Counted from the first letter of the stretch, positions 26,901 to 41,175 are shown. The stretch is 64,000 bases of DNA from the human T2T-CHM13v2.0 reference genome, Homo sapiens (GCF_009914755.1 NC_060927.1); one strand, 5' to 3'. Notes: generated by a model from the sequence alone, not told the origin. Program-made: numbers and translations.

Positions 26901-29519
26901 TCTAGGTTTTGCATCTAATAAGCTATGTTACTTTCTTTTCATCTGCTTTATTTTTCCCAGCATGAACACTCACACACATGCAGTCACACACACGCACTCA
27001 CACACACATACATTTCATTTGGGATTTGGCCAAAAAAAAAAAAGTTACATGCAAGGCTTTGATGACTATCTTAAATTGGATCTACAGATTCATTAGTAAA
27101 AATATTTACTAGGGAAATTTAGTATAACAGATGTATATTGTAGAATGCAAAACAGACTTCTAAAGAATGATTTAAATTCACATATGCTTAAAAGTTATGC
27201 TTATTAAAATGACTTAGCTATTACTCATTAGAGGCATAGAGAAATCTTGGTTTATATAAAATTTATTTCTAGTCAATTGATATTAAAATAGTTACTTGGA
27301 ATTAATACATAATATTTCAAAAATATTCCTCATTCACTCAAATTATGGACATATATGTATATATATTTAGATAAATTTTATATTTAAAGTGATATATAAA
27401 TCAATACATATGCTAATAATGGTAACTTCCCTTGAGATAAATATCAAACATTGCCACAATAATTTTCTATCTTGCATATTTATGATTGTATATAATAGTT
27501 TTCTCACTGTACATATAAGATAACTGTCCTTCACTGTAAATAAAACCATCCTAAGTTACATTTTTCTTCGGGAGGAAAACTAGTACATATTATGCCTTCT
27601 GGGAGAAAATTCTCATTTCCAGATAACTAAATAACCTTTAATATTTTGGCATTTCCATCTAGCTAGTTATTATACCTTATGATCTAATTAGCATTTGGTA
27701 TTTGATATCTCCAGTGACTAACAAGACCATCTAAATTAAAGCATTTTAAATCCCAATGTCATGTTAGAGAATTCTATTAAAATGGAAGAGAAACAGTGGC
27801 TTCCTCCATTTCTCAAAGTTTATCTTTGGGTTTGTTGGTTAATGTTTAATTCTCCAATGAAAACTTAATGATCTTGGAATGTCACATACTGCGAACTCTC
27901 AGTTTGCTCCTTTCTGTCTCATCTCTCTACTGAATTATCCAAAGACTTTAAGAATCTGAAAATTTCAGCCTTAATTGTTAGGAAATTTTTTTAAAACCTG
28001 AATACAATATCCAACAACCAATTTTTTTATGTATTCTAAAATCTCCTATAATATAGAAAGCAATTTAAAAAGTCCTGAATTATTGTAGTCTTTTGAAGCT
28101 CTAACTCTTTGAAATTAATTATATGTAGTATTTTTTCAGAAAACATTTTATGATATGGCCATACATATGTGCACACACACACATATCTTATGAAATCCTG
28201 AATAAAGTTTTCTTGATTACATTTTGCCATAAATGTGCCTTCAGAATTTTTTTTGTAGATAAAAATACATGGATTTTAGAAGAATTGGTACAAAACTCTG
28301 CTGCAATGGAATATGTCCCGTAAGAGAAATTAAGAGTACTTTGAGTAATTTACTGGGTATCTACATACTATATACCATGATACATACACAGGCATGTACA
28401 TATAATAGTCCCACAAAAGACAGCAAGCAATTATCACAAGCAGACTTAAAATATCATCAGGTCTGCTGAAAATCAGTTTAGCCCATAAACTTTCACTAGA
28501 ATCATCTACATAGCTCTACAGCTTCTCCTTCTGAAACATCACCAACTTTCTTTAATCAATATCCTGAAAAAAAATAACTATTAAGTACATGTGGTAAAAA
28601 GAACAATAGATGTTGGTGGTGAGAAGAAAAGAGAAACAGCAAGTACTAAGATTAAATATAAAAAGTCCTTGCCCTCAAGGAGTTTAACAGGATAAGGGGA
28701 TAAGAGGTAACCAATGCAAATAGACATTAAAGAATGCAGTGGGACAAACTTTTCCTGCAAAAAGGATACAAATTAGTGCTTTCACTACAGCTGCTTCAGC
28801 TATGGAAGCATTGCCATTGTGGCATAGAAAGTGTTGCAATAGAAAATTCTGAAGGCACTTTGAAGTAAAACTGAGTTTGAAAGTTCTTTCCTGCAAAATC
28901 AAGGTGGTCATTCAACAAGGTCAAGGAAATTGTGCTTTGGGAATTCACAAGTGATCACATCAGATGTTTACATAATTAGGTAAACATAACCATGATTTTT
29001 TGCAGAAATATGTGCAGTGACAAAAGTGATCAGAAAGAGCATGTACTGTAGAAATTCTTTACGAAGATTCTTATCTTTCTTTGAGCAATTCTATTCTAAG
29101 AAATTAGAACAACAGCTGTGACTGAAGGAGATTTTTCGTTTTTTACATTTTGAAACTACTTTGGTCAGCATGCAACATAGAACAACAGGAAGCATGGAGA
29201 GTTTAGAGAATGTTACTGAATAATGGCAAAGGAAAAGAAAAGATCATGCTGAAACTTGTCCTTTAGAAACCTCTTGCTCAGGATTTCACAATGTCCCAGA
29301 AAAAAGAGATGAATAAATTAATTCTAGAACCATTCTATAGTTATAACTCTTGTACTTAAAGCTATATATTTGTTTATATTTAAATTAACAGTTATATTAA
29401 TATAAATACATGTTAAATATGAGTGATATTCATTTAGTCATTCCCTACTATGATTCAGTTCTCAAATAATCCTTCTCGTCTTAGTGAAATAAAAAGGCTA
29501 AATCGCACACACATAAAAA

Positions 29520-29760
29520 CATGGGTTCTGAAGTATAAAATATCTGGATTCAAACTGTATCTCCACCATTTACCAGATGTGTGATTTGGAGTAAGTCTCT
29601 TTGCCTTTTTATGACTCAGTTTCCTCAGCTATAGAGATAACGATACTATCAGCATTTTATGTAGTTGTAATGAGTAAATATGATAATGCCTGCGATATAC
29701 TTTCCAAATGACTAGTATGAATAAGCACGTATTAAATTTACCTATTATATTTATCATCAT
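29520..29760 (+). mobile_element. MIR
   Basis: catgggttctga...ctggattcaaac...tgtgtgatttgg...ctcagtttcctca. Confidence 0.8.
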
Positions 29761-30289
29761 GATTTGCTGCCTTCTTTCCAAATTTACTACAAATTGTATT
29801 GTCACATGAGGCACATGATCCCATTAACCCAAATAGATAAGAGTCTCAGTTATCCTTAGTAAAAACGGAGGAGGTAATTTTCCTTTCAGATTTTTTGCCA
29901 GGCTATATCACCTGTTCAAAAAGTCATAAAAACAGCAGAAATATTCCCAAGAAGACATAAACAAGGACGAAGTGAAAAAAGCAAATATGGTGTTGGGAAG
30001 TCTAGGGATAAAGCTAATAAGGTGTTGGGGGAAAAGGGAAGAATTAATTGAAGATATAGCATTTGAATAGGCTTTTACAGAAAGGTCCAAGGAAATGAGA
30101 AAGGGCTATCAGACAAGAAACAACAAAGATCACACAATTGGAAAATGTCAAGAGTTGTCTCTGTCATGAGTCTTTCAGTTTCCCTTGAATGAGTGAAAGA
30201 AACTTGTAGCAAGAATTCTTGGAATGACAAGTCTAAAGCATTCAATGAGGAATCTTGAACATAGGCTTGTGCTTTATTCTGTTGTTCAA

Positions 30290-30745
30290 CCTATGTTTCC
30301 TCTTATATAGTCATAGAATTGTTAATTGCAGGTGGAGGTGGGCAGTAAAAGACAGCATTTTTTTTTTACTTCCATTGGAGTTAGTGGTAGCCATGCGCTA
30401 AGCTCCAAACAATAGGGTGGAAATAGATGTAATATGGATAACTTATTTTTGTATCCATCAAAAACAAAACAAAACAAAACAAAAACAAAACATGTCCTCC
30501 CTCCCTTCTATTTTTCTTCTGGTAGCTTGGATGCAGGTGAATCCCTGTTGGACCATGAAACCAAAACAGTATATTTAGGAAAATAGAGTAATCTTGGGTT
30601 TCTAAAGATTAAGAAGTCATTATACCATCCCCGAACCACCAACCTGAATTGTCACATGGACATAAAATAAACTTCTCTCCTGAATAAACTATTATTGTTA
30701 TACACGTCTCTGTTACAACAGGAAAAAAGCCTAGATTTTGATTAA
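30290..30745 (+). mobile_element. Old MaLR LTR (MLT1-like)
   Basis: gttagtggtagccatg...aaataaacttct...tctgttacaacag. Confidence 0.5.
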
Positions 30746-30904
30746 CATAATTTATATGAGAATCTTTAAAGAAGTGCTTCTAATCATGACAATTTAACTT
30801 AGAATGTGACAAATGTTAACAGTGTCTCAAATATAGTTGACCTTCAAAATGTTAGTTCAAAATATTACAGTTTACTCACAAAATATGTTGTCATAAATAT
30901 TAAA

Positions 30905-31290
30905 TTGTGTATGATAAATTTTGCAAATGTTCAGCACTCTCTGGACCCCTTCTTTTTTTGGGGCTTATGAAAACACTGCACTCCTATTCCCTTGAAGCTA
31001 GGCATGGTCATATGACCTGCACTGGCTAATGAACTACGAATAACAGGTGTTGGTGTTAGGACGTGGCATTTAAAAGCTTCATGTGAATCTCCTACTCTCC
31101 TTTGTGGTCTCTATTCTAAATAGTGGAACCTCTGTCAGTCTGATGCTGGAGAGTAAATAAGCCCACTACCACTCTTACCCTAGGCAAGCAACAATTAACA
31201 TATAAGGGAATGAAGAGAGAAATAAATCTTCACTGAGAACTGGGAGTTGTCAGTATCCCCAATTTAACCTAGAGCATCCTGACTTACACT
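30905..31290 (+). mobile_element. Old MaLR LTR (MLT1-like)
   Basis: cccttgaagctaggcatggtcatatgac...gagagaaataaatctt...catcctgacttaca. Confidence 0.6.
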
Positions 31291-31973
31291 TGGAGGAATT
31301 CAAACTATGCTGCCTGTGAACTAGAGAGGAGATTGCTTTTGCTGAAAATATTGTTAACCCTCTATCCCCACCACTAGTTTCTTGTCCTTATGTTTTCAAT
31401 GACAGAAATGAGGGCAAGATTTCAAATTTTTTTATTGTAATCCAAGGGGAAATAGTAAAATCAGAACTTGTTTGCTGACTCAAAACCCAGGGTACAACTA
31501 ATGGAAATTGCACCTGGTTTTTATCACAGCAAAAAATTTCCCCCACTGCATCATATTTATATGAATACTGAGCAGAAATAGGTGCAAAAATGACATAATT
31601 TTTCATAAGGCAAGAACTTCTAAAATATATTTAAGAACATATTTCTTATATATTGCTTTATTCCATTTGGAAATTTAATTCTTCCATAAATTAATCTTTT
31701 CTTTTGCTTATGAAGCATTGATGTGAAGTTATTCAGAGTTAACTCAGTAAGTTATCAAGACACCATTCCTTCCATCTTCTGCATGTAAATACCAATTCAA
31801 ATTGGGAATGGCTGAATATAAAATAAATGTGATGAGGAACCATGATTGAAACAATAGGTTGTGCTTTTGGTATCCTCTTATTTTTTTAGACCAAAAATAC
31901 TATAAACTACAAAACAAAATGATAGTACACAGGTGTTGTTATTGCATTACAGACCAGTGTGGTTTTTAAGGTG

Positions 31974-32076
31974 GTTGCTATGGTGACATGATCATTTATA
32001 GACTATAATCCCATTAGGAGAAAGTAGTGATAAAGTAAGCTCATTATAACAAACCTTATATTGCTTCACTTCCGGT
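31974..32076. promoter_or_regulatory. Candidate regulatory cluster: RFX X-box, ZNF143-like and ETS motifs
   Basis: gttgctatggtgac at 31974-31987; actataatccca at 32002-32013; cacttccggt at 32067-32076. Motif match only. Confidence 0.35.
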
Positions 32077-33689
32077 TCTGTTTGTTTTATGGCAAATTAC
32101 ATTAGTAGAGCTATGAAATAACAAACAAAGAATGCCATACTTAGTCATAAAATATTTCCGGACAGAGGAAATGAGGATTTTGAAAATTACTGCAGATGAT
32201 TTTTTGAAGTGTTAGCAAAATTTGGCAAATAAATGCAAATTATTCAGCTTTAAAAGACTAAATATGGATGTAGTCCTTTCTCCTACAACATGATCTTAGG
32301 GTAGCATTTTTGGATATATAAGCCAATGGATTATTTATACACAACACAACTGGGACCTGACAGGATCTATGACTAAAGAAAGAAGTCAATCAGTGGGTGG
32401 ACTGTCTGAAAATTAAAAGCAGATACAGTTTTACTGTTATGTGTTTTCTCTTGCTTTATTTCATTGTATAATTGTTTCATTGGTCAGAATTACACTAAAA
32501 GTTTTGGTTTTTTATTTTAGGAATGCTGATTCCACTAAGAAAAACCAGATTCCCACCAACATATCCTAATGAGCATACACATTTTTACATAAGAAGATAT
32601 AAGAAATCAGCCACCTGACTAGGAGGGTCTGTGCTGAGAGAGTTGAGTGAATTAAAAACTTTATGTAGCTTCTATTCCAGGAAGATGGGGTAGACATACT
32701 TTTCCTATTCCTACCATCTAGTACAAACAAAAACCCTGGACACTCTATGTAAAACAAACCTTTGAAGATTCTGAAAGGTAGAGAGAGAAGGCAGGTCAGT
32801 CAGGGGCCCTGGGACTGAGGAACAACCCAGTGCTGTGTTTCTCTTTTGTTTGATCGTTTCTTTAATTTTTCCTTTTATATCCTGGACTAGAAACTGCAGA
32901 AGCCAGCAACCTGGAAACATTTATGAGTGGGAACCTCAACAGCCTTAAGAGTAGCCTGCTTGCTGTAGTCATGGGGCCAGGAAAGGGGCAATCTAGCAAG
33001 AAAAAACAAAAAACAGCAGCAACAATAAAACCCTTAAGCTTTTAAATAATAACTGCTCTACTCTAGTCAAACACTCCAGGAAAACTGCAGCCCACCCCCA
33101 CTCAGGCCAGCAAAGCCCAAGTGAGAGCCTAGACCTCTACACTCACCTTCATCAGGCTGGGATGAGGTGCCAGTAGGTCTTGTAGGGAGCTGGGACATCA
33201 GCCCTCCTGGACCACACCAAGCACCCTCCACAGAAGAATCAGTAGAGACCATCTAGGAATCTAGGCTTTTACTTCTACTCAGCAGGAATGAGGAAAATTG
33301 CAGAGGTCAGAGAAGACCAAGTGGAAGATCAAAATTTTCACTATCATGCAGCAGCAATAAGGCCACCTACTTGTGGTATAAGTTGGAGCCTTGTGGGGAG
33401 AAGTCAAAAGGTATTCCTGTCTTTCTTTGCTAGGGTAGTGAAAGCCAAAACTCCCACACCTGCCTAGAAGCAAGGAACCCAGCTATGCCCCTTATGCATC
33501 AAAGGAGGCTGAGAGGGGAAACTGGACTCTACCACCAGCTGGCAGTAAAGTAGTAGTGCTCCTTTGCCTACCTGAGGAGAACTCACGTTACCTTCATGGT
33601 AAAACAAATAGAATGACCACAGTTTTCTCAACAGAAACAGAGGAAGCTACAAGAAAGTGACACAATATTTTTCAAGTGCTGAAAGAAAA

Positions 33690-33905
33690 GATCATGCTGT
33701 ACATTAGATCTCTAGAATGTATTCATCTCATAACTAAAAGTCTATACCACACATACACACGAATGGTGACTATGGGTGGTGGTGAATGTGTTTATTAATT
33801 TGATTGTAGCAATCATTATACAATGTATATGTATATTGGATCATCATGTCATAAACCTCAAATGTATACAATTTTTGTTAGTTAAATATTTTAAAATAAA
33901 AAAAA
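33690..33905 (+). mobile_element. Short L1MA 3' end with inverted 5' part
   Basis: Antisense catgctgtacattagatctctagaa followed by sense atggtgactatg...tatacaattttt and an A tail. Confidence 0.65.
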
Positions 33906-34141
33906 ATTAACAGAAAAACAGTCAAACCAAAATTCTATATTGAGTGAAAATATCCTTCAGAAATGAAGGGGAAATTGAGTCTTTCTCAGATGAAGAAAAG
34001 GTTACATACTGTATACTTCCGTTTATGTAACATGTTTGAAATGACACATTATAGAAATGGAGATCAAATTAGTGTTTGTTTGAGGTTGAGAAGGGAGTGA
34101 GAGTGAGAGGGAAGTGGGGGTGGTTATAAAAAGACAATGAG

Positions 34142-34430
34142 GGCCGGGCACAGTGGCTCATGCCTCTGATCCCAGCACTTGGGGAGGCCGAGACGGGCGG
34201 ATCACAAGGTCAGGAGTTCAAGACCAGACTGGCCAACATGGTGAAACTCCGTCTCCACTAAAAATACAAAAATTAGCTCTACATGGTGGTACGTGTCTGT
34301 AATCTCAGCTATTCGGGCGGCTGAGGGAGGAGAATAGCTTGAACCTGGAAGGCGGAGGTTGCAGTGAGCAGAGGATCACACCACTGCACTCCAGCCTGGC
34401 TGACAGAGCAAGACATCATCTAAAAAAAAA
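34142..34430 (+). mobile_element. AluS (Sg-like)
   Basis: Full dimer; ggatcacaaggtcaggagttc; degenerate TSD aaaagacaatgag / aaagggcaatgag. Confidence 0.9.
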
Positions 34431-34989
34431 AAGGGCAATGAGAAGATGGCATTGCACTGAATCTTGAATATTCTGGTTGTGATGGCTGGGATGTTATACT
34501 GTAGATATATAAGACGTTGCCACTGGGGAAACAGGCCAAACAGTGCATGGGATCTCTTTGTATTGTTCCTTACCACTGCATTTGAATCTATATCCTTTAA
34601 AAAATGTCTAATTTAAAAAATCTTATAGAGACATAATCTCCTCTTTTATCCTGGGACAGGATATTATCCTGTTTGTTTCTGGAGGAGAGATGTATATTCT
34701 GTCTGCATACGCTCTGAAAATGCACTCTAAAAAGCAGAATATTTTCAGCCTTGTTCTTCAAAGTATTCTTGCATTCTAATATAGTGCCTATGACAGTCCT
34801 ATATGCATTTGTTGAGTAACTGAATTAAGGAAATGATTAATGACGAAATTACTGTCTATACGATATTAAAGTGAGTCCTATTATCACACAGGCAAATCTC
34901 CTGAGCTAGACAGAGCCAGCTTACTCCTACTTCCAAATGACAATCCTCAAATGACAATCTTCCAAATGACAATGACCATAACATTCCAT

Positions 34990-35210
34990 CCTCCCTTTCA
35001 ATATTTTTTTCTCAACTCCTGGGACTTCAGTCATTCTCTACATGCAAGAGATTTTTTATACCATTAGGCAATATGGTATTTTCTTTTGAAGGTGCTCTAA
35101 TTTGCCAATATCCCAGATAATCTGAGACTCCATAACTGAGCATCGTAGGGAAGATACAGTCTTAGAATATGGAGCAGAGTTAGACTGTGGTCTTCCTTCT
35201 ATATTTTAAC
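34990..35210 (-). mobile_element. L3/CR1-like fragment
   Basis: tgctctaatttgccaatatccc...cccataactgagca...gcagagttagactgtgg. Confidence 0.4.
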
Positions 35211-35255
35211 TATATACTTATTAATATTTTATTTGCTAATAGCACAAATAAACTT

Positions 35256-35344
35256 TTTTTTTTTTTTTCTGAGACAGAGTCTCTGTCGCCCAGGCTGGAG
35301 TGCAGTGGCGCGGGTCTCGGCTCACTGCAAACTCCGCCTCCCGG
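35256..35344 (-). mobile_element. Severely 5'-truncated Alu (young, CpG-rich)
   Basis: Last ~75 nt of an Alu plus T tract; TSD aaataaactt at 35246-55 and 35345-54. Confidence 0.9.
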
Positions 35345-38300
35345 AAATAAACTTATTTTTTAAGAAAAACCTAAATTTACTAATAATCCAAAAGTTCAGA
35401 AACACCTTTGACATTAAAACGACAAAAATAAAATCGCATAATGTATTAAGTAGCAAAAATTTCATCCCTGAAGATAAACACTCTTAATAGTTTCTTGTTT
35501 ATACTTTCAGAAACTAAATGTGTGTATGCTGGTAAATGTGTGTATCCTACATACATTTAAATATATAGTATATTTATAGATATATATTTATATTGAAATA
35601 AGTATATAGTTAAATGAATAGTATATATTTGCATATTTATTTGTATAATACATATATTAATATTATATTTCCATGCCAATTTGCACAGCAACCAAAAATT
35701 TGCTGAGAAACCTAGTGAGGTAAACAACATCATCCCAAAGGAAGGTGCATGTAGTATGACTACCTAACGTTTACTAAGTTTCCTTAAATGCTAAGTGTAT
35801 GCCTATATGTGTGCGTGTGTGTACGTATATAAATTTTCTCAACAACTTTATGAAAAGGGTACAAGATCCATTGTGTTATTTTTATATATGAGTAAAATGA
35901 GTTCAAGAGATATTAAAAAAAAATTGCACATGGTGTCCCATTTGGCATATAGTGGTTATAATGTTAACCTCCTCTAATAAGTTGGTAGAAGGTTGTAGAA
36001 ATTAAATGATACAGAAATATGTTCCAAAATGAAAAAAAATAATAAGGAAGCTAGTGACCGGATAATTCCTATGCCTATAATATGCAAAATTTATTTAGGG
36101 AAATTCACAAAAGTTTAATGCCAGTCTTGGATCAAGGATTATAACTATTTTTGTTTCTTTCTTCATGCTCATTTATATATTTACCATATATATGCACAAG
36201 TTTTTTAATAAGAAAAAGTATGAATTCTATAAAGAAGTCAAAATAATAAATTTTACACATAATTTTATATATGGCTTTTAAAATTTACTATTCTATATAA
36301 TAATGAAAACTCAAAAAACATTTTAAATGCAAAGCTAAATGGGAATTATAAAACACTTTCTACATATTTCATATGAAGGACTAAGTAGCTATTCAGAGGA
36401 CTGTTAATAAAAATATTATTAACTGATAAAGTACTTAAATATATAGTAGAACTTTAATATATCAACAATTATTTCTACTACTTTTCCTGGCAAGTTTTTG
36501 TTTCAGTAAAAATCTAATATAAATATATAATAGAATACAAATATGTAATATAATATATGTATTGCATATATATATAAAATTTGTAAGCATGGATTCATAT
36601 GTTTGGGTAGTAATAGTATAAATAATTTTGTTTTCTCATGTATAATTTTCTGTTCTTTGCATTTGTTTTATGAGTGTATATTATATAATCAGAAAGCAAC
36701 CATAACTACAAACTAATTTCTCTGGCAATAAAACATATTAATGGAAAGTAGTGTTTCAATAGAAATGAAATAATATTCTCTAAAGTGTAATGTTTTTTTG
36801 TGAATATTATTTATATTGTTTCACTTTTATTTGCAAAATTGAGTCTCACAATATGACACTGATCGTAATGCTCTTTAAGCACTTGACCAGTATGCTATTT
36901 CCAGACTAAGCATTTCAGAATTGGAGAAGCAATATCCTCTTTGACATAAGAAGCTGCTACATTTGAATGTTTAATTATCTACTTCTATCTCATATGCAGG
37001 GAAATACTTTTAACTCTGTAAAGTTTTTATGTTGGAAATTCTCCCATTTGCCTTGCCATTGCCATTGCAGGCATACCATCTATCCAGCTGTTACAAGGCT
37101 TTCTTATGAAAGTTTTTTTTTTAATAGAATGCATCTATTGCTTTGTTTTTCTTCTTGAACACTGAAATCCTTGAGGACTAGGGGTGCTCATTAAGACTGA
37201 AATAGAAAATGAATGTGCTCTGCTTGCTAAACAAACATGGCATCTCTTTGTAAAGATTTGTTAATATAAAAGACATACATTAGCCTCCTTTAGCTAAGTA
37301 TCTGAAAAAAAAAATGACCCCCAGTTGATATCACAAAATCCTGCAAGTAAATATATAACTAAACTGTTCATTTTCCAAATGACAATAATCTGATAGCAGA
37401 TACTAATCTCCCACAGTGCCCTAGCACTAGAGTAGATTATTTGATTAATTACCACCCTACCTGAAAGACAAATGCTTTGCCCTCCATTTGAGCCTCTTAA
37501 ATATACTCTAATTGCTAATTTCCACTTTTAAGTTCAAAGCTGTTTACTGAAGTCAGACAATTTTGCATAATGATGATTTCCTAGACCCAACACATAGGAG
37601 AGTCAGTGCTGGGTAATTATAGCAAAACAAAATAAAATCATTTACAAACACATATAAATGATTTCATATAACCTAGATATGGTCAATATCTAAAGTAGGA
37701 GATACTGTGATTTAGCAAATTTTTCAGTCTTATTGGATACCAATGGAATCTCAGTGGCCTGGAGGATGTTTCCTTCTTGTATTTTTGTGTGATGGACTAG
37801 AGAATATTCTGTATTTTATAATCCTGAGTATCTCACGAGACATTTTATGCACGCATTGAAGAGGACATCTTATCTTGGTGTGGGATATGATGCAATGTGC
37901 CCCAAAGTAGGTTCCACAGTACGCTAGTCTAGCATGATGCTCTAATGAAGAAGTGTTGCATGGTGACATATGTTGGGAAGTACATTATTCTATTTATACC
38001 CTCATACACACACTCATATTGAAGATTCATACTGCATTTGTAACATCAAGAAGTTTTGATAGTAATAAACCTGTTTAGCTTGCTTCAACCTCAAGTTCCC
38101 TAAATTTGTTCAAACATAGACCCTGTTTGAAGTCATACATTTTTATGTCCTATTGAAGAAATATTCTTCGGAACACAATTTAGATAATGTTATTTTAAAA
38201 ATTTTACAACCAGGAGCATGCAAACATCATATGAAATCTTGGTCTACAGCAAACACTGACATCATTTTGTATATAACAGCTTCTCCCAAATTCTCATACA

Positions 38301-38598
38301 AAAAATTGCTTGGTAAGTTTTTTTCCAACTGGTTGACAGCCCACTCATTTAAGGGCACATAACTAAAGTTTATCCATCTGACATCATCAACTTCCAAAGC
38401 ACATTACCAACAAAAAAGCCTGTGATAAAGTAGAAGGTACACCAGATGTAGATTCAGATTTTAGTTAGATTTCAAGTCCCAGTTATGCCTTGAGACCTAA
38501 AGAGAAACTGAGTGCTTTGGGTTTTTTTCATCTGTAACTAGGGATAAGATCAACTGACATTTAAGATTTTCTAAGGTTAGAGGGCAAAATGTTAAGAT

Positions 38599-39188
38599 GT
38601 TATTACTCTTATAAGACCCTCAGAATCTTATGCTGGGTGCACAGCAATACACCAAAACAATGACACAGCAGAGTTTGTCACAGAAAGTATAATGGTTGCA
38701 GGGCAACTGAGTGAAGATATGGGAGGAGACCCTCAACTCTATCTCCCTGAGGAGTTCTGAGTTGGGACTTTTAAGGGGATTGTGGAGGGTAAGGGATTGG
38801 AAAATTGGAGTTATTGATTGGTGGGAGTAAGAAGGATGAAATCATCAGAATGTGGAAACTGCATTCTTTGGTGGGTCTACTTCTTGTGGGGTCCTTCAGA
38901 TCAGTTGACATCAGTAGTTTTATTAGTATGTAGGACCTAGAGAAAATATCGCAAACATCTTTCACACTGTCTATGTTTTTATCTATAGAGCAATTAAGGG
39001 GAACTGTAATCTGTGAGAAGATTTGCATAATTCTGGGGCAATAGGCACCAAACAACTATGAGTAAGCAGGTCAGAGAATAAGCTGAACTAATGATTATTG
39101 CTAATGATGCTGCAGGCTTGGTTTAGTTTTGTTTCTCCCTGTCCGTTCTTTCCTGATTAATTTTATAAAGTTTATAGGGGCAGTTTCA
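38599..39188 (-). mobile_element. ERV1 solo LTR (MER4-group, LTR26-like)
   Basis: Minus strand begins tgaaactgcccctataaactttataaaattaatcagg and ends ...aataaca. Confidence 0.65.
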
Positions 39189-39764
39189 CAACGTTAAGGG
39201 CAATCAATATGAAACTGAGTTCTACTGTAATTGCATTCTGAAGGAAACTTCATTGGGCTGGAAAGTTTGCTTCACTAAAAGAAGTTCAAACTTCTTCTTT
39301 ATGCCTAAAAACATTTAATTAGATTAAGACATAAGATAAAAATATGTAGTAGTGACCAATTTGAGGACATTAGGGGAGCAATAAAGGGACTCAGGGAGCT
39401 ATAGAACCAAATACCTTTGAGTATATAACCACATATTCTGCATGGCAACTTTCAACCCAAACCAACTGTTGTCTTACCACTAATGGAAGATGGGTTCCAG
39501 TGCTTGGGTTCTAGTGAGAAATATCCCCTTGGATATGTACAAAATTTTAAAGAGAGAGAGAGAGAGAGAGAAATATTTTTGACCAAATGATGGATAGGAG
39601 AAAGGAGAATGCATCTGATCTCAACACTTGAAAAAATTTTCTTAGAGAACAATCTTGCTGTGAAAGAATTACTTTTTTCTAAGATCCCAGTGTGTTAGAG
39701 TGAATGATATTTATGTAGTAATAGCAACAAAACATTACTTTTGGATTTTCAATTTAAAAAATCA

Positions 39765-40085
39765 GGCTGGGTGCAGTGGCTCATGTCTGTAATCTCAGCA
39801 CTTTGGGAGGCTGAGGCAGGTGGATCACCTGAAGTCAGGAGTTCAAGACCAGCCAGGCCAACATGGTGAAACCATGTCTCTACCAAAAATACAAAAATTA
39901 GCCAGGCATGGTGGTGCATGCCTATAGTCCCAGCTACTCGGGGGCTGAGGCAGGAGAATTGCTTGGATCCGGGAGGCAGAGGCTGCAGTGAGCAGAAATC
40001 ACGCCATTGCACTCCATCCAGTCTGGGTGATGGAGCGAGAGATTCCATCTCAAAAAAAATTAATAAATAAAAATAAATAAATAAA
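39765..40085 (+). mobile_element. AluSx-like
   Basis: Full dimer, (aaat)n tail, TSD taaaaaatca. Confidence 0.9.
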
Positions 40086-41133
40086 TAAAAAATCAAATGA
40101 GAGACAAACACTGGTGCCTAAAGCAAAGTTATAGTATAGAAAACAAATGTAAACTTTTAATGGAAGTAATGATATAGTTAAAAGAGTTTAAGCATTAGAT
40201 GGAAGAAGATAATTGAAAGAGTAAAAGAATGTTAAATGATCTTTAATAAAGGGGGAGTCAATTACACTGTCTAAAAGCTTAATGAATTAAAAAGTAAATA
40301 AATGTGATAAATAGATGTATGAAAATAAAATTATAATGAACCTGGGAGGTCGCTGAGGAGACAAAATAATGACTAGGGGAAGTTATCAAAATTCTTCATC
40401 TTATATAAAGTTACCTAAGTAGACCTTAAATTTGATAACATTAAGAAATAAAGTGATGAACATATGCAGAAACTCACCAGAAGAATTACAACAGAAATTC
40501 TAAAAATTAACTACCTCTAAGGATGAGCCAAAGATAAACAACTTTTCACTTCATACTCAAGTGTATTGCTTGCACTTTTTGTGCAGACTTAATTTTAATT
40601 AAAAAATTGTTTGCTCACTTGGAGATTTGGATCATTTGAGGTAAATGTATTTTTATTTCTTTTTTCTCCTCTCTTACTGAAATATTTTCCTAATTACCCA
40701 GCAGTCTCAACAGACTGTTTTTGTTTTGTTTTGTTTTGTTTTAATCATCCTGCATAGGTTTATCGACCTTTACCTGAAATTGAACCATATCAATTGATGC
40801 ATCCTGCCCCTGCTGAGTGCTGTTTTCCAATTCTGCACATAAAAACTTCTAGGACATGTGGCAATGGTAGGTATTAACAAACCTAGCAGAATCCCTTTGA
40901 ATTCAGCTGGGATTCAGGAAGATACTCTAGGACAAAGAAACACTTTTGTGTACTTGATCAGAAATAAAAGAAAAAGACTAACAATAATTCAATAATACAA
41001 ACCATAAATCACCACCAAAGTATATTAGAATATAACAGCAACAATTTATAAAATAACAATTATAGCTGTCATTTACTGAGTTCCTGTACTGTGTCATTGG
41101 ACCTGGTAATGGATGTTTTTTATACGATGTATG

Positions 41134-41134
<1 letters not shown>

Positions 41135-41175
<41 letters not shown>

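Larger units (their letters stand above)
32665..34620 (+). mobile_element. Old L1 (L1MC-like): 5' UTR and ORF1 pieces joined to a 3' UTR
   Basis: ttccaggaagatggggtagac start; ORF1-type caatatttttcaagtgctgaaag and aatatccttcagaaatgaagg; 3' UTR ggttacatactgtat...gcatttgaatcta. Confidence 0.7.
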
